Shown here piece after piece: positions 52,553-64,000 of a DNA stretch of 64,000 bases (positions are counted from its first letter, which is position 1; each line of letters starts with the position of its first letter). The DNA lies in the NCBI GenBank assembly GCA_030770535.1, contig JASVEC010000022.1, positions 620,001-684,000 on the forward strand. Direction: 5' to 3'. The translations under genes were made by a program, and so were the position numbers. The stretch is from Batkoa obscura. Lineage: Eukaryota. The notes under the pieces were generated by a model. It made no database searches and had not been told where the DNA came from. It saw only the letters and a list, made by a program, of their open reading frames with translations.

Positions 52553-55395
52553 TCATAAATCCAAAAAAGTAAATGAAAGATTTTCATCTTCACTTTCTTC
52601 ATGTTCTAATTCTTTAGGAAATGGGGAAACATTAGGTATTAAAGGATGGAATTTTTTAATATCGATAGTATCATCTATAAATTTTGCTTTTCTTTTTGGA
52701 TTCTTTCTTTTGCTTTGAATACTACTTGAAGACGAAATCGATGTATTTGTTTCTCGAAAATGATCTTGATTTCTGGCTTCTTCTTGTTGTTTATTGTTGG
52801 TTTCAATTTCTTCCAAATCACTACTAAAATCACTATCTAATGTTAATCTCTTTCTCGATTCTTGTGCTTTTGATTGTTGAATTTGTAACATTAATTCTTC
52901 CATTTCATTTTCAAATTGAATTTCATCAACATTATTAAATTCCACTTGTTTTTTGTTGGGATTAACTTGTTTCTTTCTTTTTAATATTATCTCTCCTTCT
53001 TCTTCTTTAGTTTCTACACTTTCATGTAATCTTTTATTATCTTGATTAAAACTTAATCTATTTTTAATAATAGCGTTATTATTATTATTCAGTATTTCAT
53101 TATCAATATTATTGCTTAATTGGTTTTCAATAACTGGACTCTCGTTTTCTCTTTCTATAAGTTCTCGTTGAGCATCAGAACTTAACTGATTGTCAATAGC
53201 GGTATTATTCACTCTCTTTTTCTCACTAATTTCTTGTGGATTAATTAAAGTTTCCATTTCATTATCAAATATATCATCTATTACATTTTCTCTTCCTCTA
53301 TCTTTACTAACTAAATCTAAAAGTTGTTGATGTTGAGGAATAATAGATTTCTTAGTAATAATTATTGGAGTATCTGGATATAATCCTAACTTTAAATGTT
53401 GAGTTAAATTATTCATTAAATTCTTTAATCTTTTTTGTTTAACTTTCATAATGTCTAATTCTAACTCATTATACATAGCAGGCTCTAATATTTGTTTTAA
53501 ATTATTCATTGGTACTTTAAATGATAATATCATTTTAATTAATGTTAGTTTTAACTTAGATTGTAAGGGGGAATAATTAGATTGTAAATAAGATTGAAAT
53601 TGAATTAATAAAGGAATGATATTTTCTATTATATTTTTAATATTAATTTGGTTAATTAATTTGATATTTTCCTTTTCTTTTTCTTCATCTCCATCTAAAT
53701 CATTATTAAGATTGTCTTGTTGATTATTACTAATAGTAAAATGAACTATAATTTCATTGGAACTTAATATATGTAAAGCATCTTCAATAATACGATTTAA
53801 TTTATTATCCTTTAAATCTAATTCCGATTGCATTATTGGTAAAAATAATTTATTACAAATCAAATTACTTACAATAAATTTTTCTCCTTCTTTAAAATAT
53901 TGAAGTACAAAACAATAACATTTATGTCTTAATCTTCTATGAACTGGATTTTCATTATCATTTAGTACAAATAATTGATTTTCTAAATTACTCAATGTAG
54001 ATTCAAATTTCCCATTTAAAAACATAATTAAATCTAATAAATGATTTAAAAACAAATTAGGATCCTTAATTAATAATACTTGTTCAAATCCGAATTCATA
54101 AACTTCTTTAATTTCTTTTTCTTTTTCCATTATGTAACTAACTATCATTTTAAATAATAAATGTTTTTTAAATTTTAAATAATCCATTCTTAATAATCTA
54201 ATTAAACAAATTAATGTATGTTTCCTTACATTCAAATCAAAATGTCTTAAATTATTCACCATGATAGGTATATATGGATCTATGATTCTTGAATATCTTA
54301 AACATAAATCAGATAATATAACTACAATACTACAACTTAAAGAGACATTATTATTATTAGCCTGTACTCTATAAACTCCTTGATTATCTAATTGAACCCA
54401 ACTATCTTCAATTGTCATTTCTTTAGCTAATATTGGTGCTAAATGAGCTGTGTATTCTTCTTCAATTAAAGCCAATTTACCCAATGAAATGAATATATTA
54501 TTTCTTACTTGTTCACTTAATAAATATTGTTTAGGCTCAATTACTTTTAATGTTCCTACTAAGATTAATAGACAATCAAATATCTCATCTAATTGATTAT
54601 TATTAGGATAAATCATTAATATTTGTCCAATTAATTCAATCTTATAATTAATTTCACCTTCATTGGTTGATTCCTGTTGTTGTTGTTGTTGATTATTACT
54701 AATAAATTGATAAAAGGTATTGACACATTGTTGAATTATTGTATTGAGGTATTTAAAATAATCCGTATCTTCACTCAACCAATCATATTGAATTAATTTC
54801 CATTTATCTAATAGTTGTAAACTAATTGGAACCCAATTTAACGGTAATTGAAATTTCAATAAATTCTTTGTTAAATAAATTAAAATCTCATTATTATTAG
54901 GTTGATGAATCCAATTATAAATTAAAATTAATATTTGATTTCCTATTATTAATTGTTCTTCTTCATTAATATTCAATTTAATTAATTCATTGAATAAAGA
55001 ATTGTAATATACATCTATTAAATCTTCATTTAATTTCCAATATAAAGAATATAATTTCATAAACTGTCCATAACCTAAATCTATTATTAATCGATCATTA
55101 TACTTTTCTAATATTGAAAAAAAAGCTTCATTGAATATTGAGTTTGTTTGATCTGGTTTAGCTACTTTACTGTTATTACAATCATTAATAAATTTAGCTA
55201 ATCCTTTAAAACTCAACCCTTCGAATTCTTTTTTAAATAAATTCAAATATAATAAAACATCCATATAATTGACTAATAATTTCTGTGATAAATTTAATAC
55301 TTCAATACTAATACTTTTATCTGTATCAAATATTCCAATTAGTACCTTCTCTTTCCATAATTGAAATAATATATTAATAAATTCCATTTCATTTA

Positions 55396-55435
<40 letters not shown>

Positions 55436-57499
55436 TTCATTATTATTATTATTATTTTCATTAATTTGCTTAAAATTAATTAATTTTTGTATTAATAAAT
55501 CCACTACAATATAAATACATTGTTTTCGAATACGAAAATTATTGTCTTTACATCTTATTTCAATAATATTTAAAAATTCTAATTTATATTCTCTAATTAA
55601 TTGAGTATCTAATCCAAATTCTTTTGTTAGTTCTAAATTAAACAATTGATTTAAATCTAATAAATTATTAATTGCCTGTTTACGAACTAAATAAGGTTCC
55701 CGTTGAGTTAATGTTTGTAATGAATTAAATTGATTTTCAATAATAACAAATTGTAATACTTTTTTAATGACCATTGTTAATAATGAATTCTCTTCATTTT
55801 CATTGTTTTTTTTTAATTGATTTTTTAATATACTTAAAAACTTGTTAAAATTAGTTAATGCTTTGACTTGAACTTGAATTGAAGCATCTGAAAATCTTAA
55901 AGCAATAGATTCAAGTAAATTGATAATTAAATCAACTTTAGTAATTAAATTATAATTTAAAAGCTTACTAAATTCATCTTGTAATTTACTATCAAAAATA
56001 ATTTGTAGCCAATTAAAATAAATTTCCAAAGTTAAACTACGTACTTTAGGTTGACTTGCTCTTAAACTATCTTTAAATAAATTTTCAATTATATATTGAC
56101 TTAATTTAGGTTCCATGGAATTTAATATTAATGCTATATTCTATAATATTAATTCTATTAATAAAAAAATAATTAATTAATATTTTTTATACCTTAGCCA
56201 ACCCATGTTTAACATCCGCTAAGTCCATAAACTCGGTAATTATATGTTTTAAGAACAATTTTAAATCGGAGAAAGATAATCGATGATAATTAATAATTTC
56301 TTGCATAAATTTAGTGGCTCTATAACTTCTAATTTTAAATTGAGCTTTGGAATTTAATTCATTGGGATTGAATAATGTTGCTAAATTAAAATGAATCCAT
56401 TTCATACATATCATGAAATTATCTATAAAGAGCCATTCTTCATTTTTTAATATTTTTAATTGTAATTCATAACTAAATTCTACTATTGGAACTTCAGGTT
56501 CTATACTATTAAAGTTAAACATTTAAATAAATTGAATGTTATTAATTTCAAAAAATTCTTACTTTGGTACTTCCAAACTACAATAACATCCTAATAACTC
56601 CAAATATTCATTAATAAGCTTATTTAGTGGCTTTATTTTTTCGATTGTATAATAGCATAATAAACTTAAGTTTAAAATATATTGTATTAAATTTGGAATT
56701 TCTTCTTTTGGAATATCATTATCAATAAATTCCTCATTATTTTCAATATCTTCAGTTTTCAATGTAGTCAATGGACTGATAGTAAATTGTTTATTACAAT
56801 TAATAATTCTTTCATATAACTGTTTTAATAATTTAATAATATATATAAATTTTTCTGGATTAATGATTCGATTTTCTATTGCATCTATATTTCAATTAAA
56901 AAAATAAAATTTAAAACTTTAGAATAATAAATGAACTTACCAGGCAACAAACTGGCAAATAAATAAGCTTCTATAACTAACAAACATTTTTTAATATTTT
57001 CAAAACTCAATTTTGTACAATGGTGATAACCAATAAATAATAACTTCCATAACCTTTTATAAACCTTAAAGATATTGATAACTTCATCTCCTTGTTTTAT
57101 ATTGACTTTAAATATGCTTAAATTTTTATGAAGGTTAGTATTGATTAAATTATAATAACAAATGGTTGAAGTTATCTTATCTAAAAATGAACTATTTATT
57201 AAATCCATTTCTTCAATATCAATACCTCCATATTCACTAAAACTTAAACTTTGCGACTGATCTTGCGATTGATTTTGACTATTTCCATTGCTCATCAAAG
57301 TTGAATTGGTTCTAGAAACATTTGAAATAATCTCCTCTTGTGTGGAAAAAAAATAGTTTTCAAGTTCTAATAAATTAACAAATGCTTCTTTGACTGCTAA
57401 GCCTTCTTGGTAATTATATGTCGTCTCAAAATCAATTGAGAACAAATTTAAATCTTCTCGATTTTTATAAAGTGGTTGAAGTGGAATCGGTATCCTCAT
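52553..57499 (-). CDS. NCAPD3: condensin II HEAT subunit CAP-D3, multi-exon
   Basis: VRNNIFISLGKLAL, IVVILSDLCLRYSRIIDPYIP...LR..D..VRKHTLICLIRLLRMDYLKFKKHLLFKM, EFGFEQVLLIKDPNLFLNHLLD, R..CY.FVLQYF....KFIV...IC and IIEDALHILSSNEI follow the CAP-D3 consensus rather than CAP-D2/Ycs4. Confidence 0.8.
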
Positions 57500-58226
57500 A
57501 GGCTGGATCAAAAGTAGTAGTGATATTTAAATTAAAAGTTAAAAATTTGAAATTTGAAATTCAATGGATGGTGATTTATGAAGTTGAATTCCAAGTTGAT
57601 TGGCTTAAATTAAAATTTAAACTATTTTTAAAAATTTTAGTCACTTTTTAACTGAGAATTTAAAAATTCTAGTAGTAATTTTTCAACAAATAGACTTATT
57701 AAATTAGTATATAAATACTCTTATTTCTATTAAAGAATTTTTTAACATTTGAATAATACAAACAAATTGCCATTTAAATAAAAAAATAAAAATGTCTAAA
57801 TAGCATGTGGCATATTGTTACAAAATTTCTTTTATTATTAAAACTTTGAATATAAAACATAATTATAATTGATTTCTATTTTCTATTACTAGGTTAAAAT
57901 AGAATAATTTATTATGATTTAACAATCAACTTATATAAAACTGTCTCATACTAACAACTAAAAAATAGTTAGGTATAAGGAATTCGAAATATGTTTAAAA
58001 TAATGAAATCAACTAAAAGTTACCAAAGCAAACCATAACAAAAACAAAGTACTATAGAAAACGAATATTACATATTAAACATAAAAGCTTTATTGAAAAC
58101 GTTGACAAATAACAAAAAGATAAACTAACCGTTAGTTTAGAAAACATTTAACTTACTTAGCTTGAAATTTAAAATTAATTAGAACTTTACTTGAAGTTAA
58201 TAATATATTTTGATTTCTAATCTAAT

Positions 58227-59465
58227 TTAATCATCGTCATCTCTAACATCATCTAACACGGGTCGTGTTGCTGCTTTATAAATCTTTACAAAATAATTTT
58301 TAACTAAAATTTAATATATTAAAATAATATTTACCATATAAATCCAAATATAATTAAATACAGCCAAAATGCTTAAACAAGCGAGACATTCATAGGTAGT
58401 AGCAGGACGAGTGCCATCTGGGTAATAACAATGTTCACTAAAAAAATTAATTTAAAAATCTATTCATAATTAAAATAAAAAATAAACTACATGATTCCAC
58501 CAATGACATAAACTGGGAATATAACACCTCGAAGTATAACAAAGGTTAAAGCAAAGATTGCAAAACAAACATCCCTTATCTATATATAAAAATAAAAGGC
58601 GAATCAATGGATTGATATTAGAGAACAAATTAAAGTTACTTTCTGCTTATTTAAGTAATTCATAAGCTTAGCTAACTCCATCCAAGGATCACAAATGTCA
58701 TGAGTAAGCATGACTACTTCCCCAATACGAGTGAGATTAAAAAAATAGGAGCATGAAATTAGAGTCAACGTAATTAAATGATGGGATAACATCATCAAAT
58801 AATCTTTTTGTTTTTTCTCTGAGTTGATAGATAGTAATTGAAATAGATAAACACCAGCATCAATTAAATAATGGTATCTATTGATGTTACTATTTTCAAA
58901 AAAATAAAGTTATTTAACTAATTAAGATAATACTTATAAAATTACCTTAACTTAACGTTTGGGTATTCTTTAAACCATAAACTGGAATCAAAAAACCAGT
59001 CACTATATAAGGCTGAAAGAACCCCTGGAATACAAATAATTACTTTTTAAAAATTCATTAATTCACGTTAAAGAATGAAGTTAAATAAGTTTACTATACA
59101 TATAAATCCTAAACGCGGTGGACCTAAACTTTAATGATTTCTCTTTTGCTTTTCTAAAGAAAAAAAAGTAATTTTAATAATTGAACAGTCATTGTTTTAA
59201 GACTTACTCTAAAGTTGTTTTATCTTCCTTTTCATTTTTACCACCACTATCCTTGAGTCCTCGGATAAAATACTCTTGACAAAAGGGCTATAATTTAATA
59301 TTCAATCTACAACCTAAAAAGTCTCAAAAAAACAAGACCTACTTCTAAAATCCAATGTTCCAAAACCACTTTACTACAAAGTAGGAATAAAGCAACCAAA
59401 CTTACAGCAATTATGTCCCACTTCAAACTTAACTCTGGATGCACTTGATACACTATAAATTCCAT
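58227..59465 (-). CDS. TLC-domain ceramide synthase (Lag1/Lac1 family), multi-exon
   Basis: Lag1 motif KQKDYLMMLSHHLITLTLISCSY..N.TRIG..VMLTHDICD..MELAK and C-terminal DDVRDDDD*. Confidence 0.92.
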
Positions 59466-61123
59466 TTCCTTTTTTTTTAAAAAAATTGTTTCTCCACTCT
59501 TTTTGAACTTTGCTATTTAATTAGCCCAATAAACCAATCAGATCTCGATCTCAACTATGCTATTCGCTTTTTATTCCTGATCATTTGAAATACTAGTTTT
59601 TTAGTAAAGAACTTTTGGGGTTTTATTTATAATCAGAACCTTTGGTGAAAAAATAGAAAGTTTATTACGAAAGGTTAAAAGAGTTTGATATTTTTAGGGT
59701 TAGCTTTTATGTAAATCTCATATTAAAAAGATTATCATAGAATTCATGTTCGAAGCTCGAGTTAATTAAAGTACAAGATAGTAAAGTAATAAAAAAAAAC
59801 AAGTTTTGAAATATGGAACACAATTTTTGATTTCTCAGAATCCTTTTATGGACAAGTAGTAGATTTATTAGGTTGATTATGAAACAAATTTACAATCTAA
59901 AATTTTATAAAGGGTTCAATTCAAGAACCGATTCCACCAACAAGTAAAATTGATTTTATAACTAATTTTAATCTAAAGACAGCATAATAAGAAATTTCAA
60001 TCTTTGTAACATAATAAAGTGAATTATATCTTTTATTGGCATGCTTTATTATTTGAAAAAAAAATTCGAAAGATTGTAAGATTAAAGCTAAATGATTGCG
60101 CAGTTCCATTTTATTGTTGAAATTCTAAATGGTGCGATTATTTTATTGCTACCTGTTTCTTTTATTTCAAAGTCTACTTATTAATTTGTTGAAGATTAAG
60201 TAAACAAAACATGGAAAAGATGGTAAAGTGGAAGAAGATAGATGAATCAACTATAGCTTTGAATCAGTCAATTTATAACTTCCGATCTATTCAAAAAACT
60301 GTGTCAAATAGTGTGTATTCTCAAGCTGAATTTGAAAATAAATATAAATACAAAAACTACTTGAAATTAAGAACCCGGATAAAGTTAAACATCCAACTTC
60401 ATTTAGGTTCAAATCTCTGAAATCTGTAATCAATAGAATTAGGTATAAATCGACTTATATAGCGTTAATTGCCTTGAGAAATCTTATAACAATGTTTCGA
60501 TATTATAAATAAACACCTTTTATCAAATAATTGCAATAGCTTTAATCTTTGTTTTATTTATTTAATTATAGATTATTTAAGCTTTATCTAATACTTAAAC
60601 CTTGTGTTAATAATGGACCTTTCTATAGTCATAAATTGTCATTATATATTATCATATTGCTTTAGCTCAATTACAGTAATATCCTCGTAATTTTAATTCA
60701 CTTGCTACGAAAGCCACTTATTATAGTGTTTCTTTAAAATGACAGCTGCATAACAATAATATTTAATAAAATTATCTAAAGCTAAAACTAAAACTAATCA
60801 CTATTTTTGTTTTATAAAAATCAACGATTTAGATTCCATTCCAAGCTCATATATATTGCTTACTCCCTTAGATACAATAATAGCTATCAGTTGATTGTTT
60901 TTATCATTAGAACCTCAGTTAAAATCAACAACATTGAACAATTATAACAATTGCTTTAATCAAATATTTGATCCTTTTTTTAACAATTGGACAAGGTATC
61001 TGTATTCTAACTTAAAAGAAAGTTTTTATTTACTACTTTAAGTTACATTTTTAATGGTACTACAGCTCATATGATCTTTTCTTTAGGATAGTGTTGGATG
61101 ATTGCTTGAAAGTAGATTGATAT

Positions 61124-61222
61124 GGGAATGTATTTTTTTGTTTAAGAGTTTTACTAGCAACTATTCTACTCAAATAGCGCTCAAAAGATGGGAAAAATGA
61201 TGAAACCAAAAAAAATGCCCCC
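61124..61222 (+). mobile_element. ~98-bp MITE copy I
   Basis: GGGAATGTATTTTT...CTCAAATAGCGCTCAAAAGATGG...AAAATGCCCCC; TSD ATAT/ATAT. Confidence 0.9.
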
Positions 61223-61420
61223 ATATCATAAATTTAATAAAATAAGCTGAGATGAGTATACTATTATATTACCAACATCCAATCTAGATATCCTTGGTAT
61301 ACTATTGGTTGTATGGAGAATATTGGACTACCTTATACACATACCTTTAATTTATAATATTTTTTAGATAAACCTAACTCTATTTTGACATCTATCATTT
61401 CTTATTTCGGGCTATTATAT

Positions 61421-61517
61421 GGGGATATTTTTTTTGATTTCATTACTTTTCCATTTTTTAAGCTATATTTAAGTGGAAAGGTTATTAGTAAAATTCTTAA
61501 ATAAAAAATACATCCCC
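61421..61517 (-). mobile_element. ~98-bp MITE copy J
   Basis: GGGGATATTTTTTT...AAAAATACATCCCC; TSD ATAT/ATAT. Confidence 0.9.
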
Positions 61518-63019
61518 ATATATTGTTTGTGGAGTGATTGTTGTCGTATATTGTTATAAAAAAGATACTCAGAATAACACATTTCTATAAACACCTTTAA
61601 TTCATTAGGGAGGAGATTTTTATTGTTTATAACAAGACTTTATACTATCGAACCTATTATTCATTTATTTGTTTTTATACATAGCAACATTTTAAAAAAA
61701 CAAAGAAATCATGGTAAAATATTATCAGTTTGCTTAGAAGAGAAAAGTCAACATTAGATAGTATTATAGATATTCATCAACTTTAAAATAAAATGTATTA
61801 ATGTTGATTAAATAAATGAAATACATATTTTTTGTTTTTATTAACCAAAAGAATATATAAGACTTTCTCATATGCTGTTATATTCAATTTTTTGCAGGCT
61901 TTAGATGATGAAGGTAGCTCTAACTACAATAGTAATGTCACTTTTTGCAGAGTGACTAATAGTTTTGTGAAATTGCATTCTAAACGAAAAACATTAACCA
62001 ACAATGATAACTATAGAGCTGCTAAGTTCAAACATGCTATTCAACTTTTCATTTGAAAATAAAAATTTACAAGTTATAATTATAATGATAATAATTCTCG
62101 TTTTAAGTAATAAAAATTAATTCTTTATTAAAATTTTTTAATTTAGAGCTTCTATTCTAATCAATAACGCTACCTTTTTCTGTAAAAATTGGACATAATA
62201 TACACTAAAAGCCTTATATATTTAATATTATTTTAAGGCAATTAGGTGTAACATCAATTCCTTTTTCTTAATCATAATAATGATTTTCTTAAAAGTTATA
62301 AAATTACTTTTGCCGCTTTCTGCATACATCACATTGCAAAAATTTAGATGACTTAATCTAAATTTTTTTCTCGCCTTATTTTTAGCCAATAATAACCCAT
62401 TTCTAAAAAATTGAAATCAAATTTTTTCAATTTCTTGAATACAACAGATCCCATAAAGTTAAAATTAGTTTGACTATAAAACAGAAAAAGGAGCATTATA
62501 CTTTCTTTACTCTTTGTTTCTAATGTAAGTATTTTATTTCTCTATAATTTTTTAAACTATCATGATGATATCGAATGCTATCTAATTCTAAACCCAGCTC
62601 AATTTGATTTCCGTCTGGTTATTTGATATTACATGTTCTTTAGACTGAGATGATGACTTTATAAACAAAATTTATTGAGATTAGTTTATTAATATTTAGC
62701 TTTTTTAGATTGTGGTCATTTACATTATTTGTTTAACAAAGCGTTTTAATAAAATTGATATAATATCGTGCTTTAAAGATTATTACTCTTTCTATCCTTT
62801 TATTGTAACTTTAACTTTTTTATTTATGTTTTCTTTTAAATTTCTAATAGTTTGTATAAATTGGTTGATAATATAATTGGCAGTAGGATTTTTATTAATA
62901 CTTTTAATTATCAGCTATTATTTGCAGACATAACACTATACATTTTATAGGGTATATAAAAAGGCATTGGAAATCTAGAAAATTAATAACTAAAACTAAA
63001 AATAATAAACATACAAGCT

Positions 63020-64000
63020 TCAAATAGGTAAATCATCCGAAACAAATGGTGGTATAATGTTAATGAAATTATCAAAGAACCAAAGCTTATTTTCAAGTTG
63101 GTAAAATGTAGCTTGAATGACCATCCTTTCCAAACAATAAGGTAAGAATTTAATACTTAAATAAATTTTAACGTCATTTGAGTAATTCCAATTCTCAACT
63201 GGATGAAAATAGGTTTGTTCTTCTTCATCTACTTGAGCATAATCACCTAAGTGTTGTTCATCTAGCAATAATTGGAGATAGCTTTCATTAAGCACTTCGA
63301 TTTTTCGAACTATCATTCGGCAGTCCTTTTTAACAAATACAACCTTGGAGTTAAGATCACCTAAATTATCTTGGATGGTCTGTTTAGCTTCTAATAAATT
63401 AACACCCAACATGCTTTCAATCTTTTCATTATTGAAAAATGTGTTTTTTAATATCCATGAGTATTGGCCTTCAAAGTATATGGAACAAGAAATATTAAAC
63501 TTATCTATAATTAATAAGTTTAGTTTAAATACTATAACTAAATATGAATTACCTGGTAATAACAAGCTAAGCATTTTATTAATAGGCAACTGAGTATCAA
63601 TTTTATTTAACAATGCTATAGACTCATTAATATCTTGGATATACTCAGGACAAGAATTGGAAGCTATAAGGTAATTTAAAAACTTCAATATGATTTTTGG
63701 AATTAATTTAAATGATACTAAATCAATATATCTTGGCTTTAGAATAAAACACTCGCTTATAAACTGATGAATTGAATATAAAAAATCGACTTCTGGATCC
63801 AAATCATCAGCATCAACTCCAATTATTAGATTTGTCTCTTTTAGAATAGTGTTGTTTTCATTTTCTTCATTCAGGTCAATTGAATTAATAAATGGTTTAA
63901 TTCCAACTTTTACTTGTCCATGGTTTAAATAAGCATGAAATAAATTGTTTTGCTTTGGGGTCAATTTACTTTTCTTACGAAAACGTTCTATTGCTAGATA
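63020..64000 (-). CDS. ARB1: Argonaute siRNA chaperone (ARC) subunit Arb1, 5'-partial
   Basis: IERFRKKSKL....NLFHAYL..G....G.K.F, VDF......FIS, I..FLNYLI....CPEY...I, P(D)KFN.SCS..F.G and YC...M.I.A..YQL......FD match the Arb1 family. Intron 63505-63552; gene runs off the window. Confidence 0.8.
   Translation of the reverse strand, partial: YLAIERFRKKSKLTPKQNNLFHAYLNHGQVKVGIKPFINSIDLNEENENNTILKETNLIIGVDADDLDPEVDFLYSIHQFISECFILKPRYIDLVSFKLIPKIILKFLNYLIASNSCPEYIQDINESIALLNKIDTQLPINKMLSLLLPGNSYLVIVFKLNLLIIDKFNISCSIYFEGQYSWILKNTFFNNEKIESMLGVNLLEAKQTIQDNLGDLNSKVVFVKKDCRMIVRKIEVLNESYLQLLLDEQHLGDYAQVDEEEQTYFHPVENWNYSNDVKIYLSIKFLPYCLERMVIQATFYQLENKLWFFDNFINIIPPFVSDDLPI

Larger units (their letters stand above)
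60420..62340 (-). pseudogene. probable decayed Zn(II)2Cys6 transcription factor interrupted by two MITEs
   Basis: Minus strand reads CDVCRKRQK (62307-62333), then PNCLK, IYFQ/NHPTL near 61090-61115 and LYLRE*AIYMSLEWNLNR near 60830-60880. Many stops; boundaries approximate. Confidence 0.4.

Noticed and set aside
55398..55457. (AAT)n tract in CAP-D3
   Set aside because: An in-frame poly-Asn microsatellite; similar tracts occur in RRN3, VPS15 and the PPR gene and are typical of AT-rich genomes.
57541..57562. TTTGAA (CHR-like cell-cycle element) repeats upstream of CAP-D3
   Set aside because: This hexamer is too frequent in such AT-rich DNA to be meaningful without enrichment statistics.
1..64000. 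tRNA, rRNA, U12-type introns or an alternative genetic code
   Set aside because: None recognised by eye; the introns I traced are GT-AG with ordinary donors, and conserved genes translate with the standard code.

Overview
Very AT-rich, intron-rich eukaryotic DNA with short GT-AG introns, mostly about 40-60 nt. Gene content points to a fungus (Cnl2/Nkp2, Nst1, Arb1, FLC/TRP-like channel, Zn2Cys6 remnants), most plausibly an early-diverging lineage such as Zoopagomycota/Entomophthoromycotina; the taxonomy is inference. About 22 protein genes can be modelled, including PRE5, MRNIP, an OCIA-like protein, CNL2, RRN3, VPS15, EB1, seipin, a Sec7-PH Arf-GEF, MetRS, NST1-like, RACK1, a reeler protein, a PPR protein, RRP7, an FLC/TRP-like protein, FMN1, a secreted I9 inhibitor, CAP-D3, a ceramide synthase and a partial ARB1. 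A U24-type C/D snoRNA lies in a RACK1 intron. Main points of interest: (1) a condensin II CAP-D3 gene in a fungus; (2) an unclassified ~98-bp MITE family with GGGG...CCCC termini and 4-bp TSDs, 11 copies including a tandem dimer sharing one TSD; (3) a ~475-bp-arm inverted duplication; (4) a U24-like snoRNA whose second guide I could not assign to a target; (5) two decayed Zn2Cys6 genes hit by the MITE. All family assignments come from manual reading and motif recall, not database searches.
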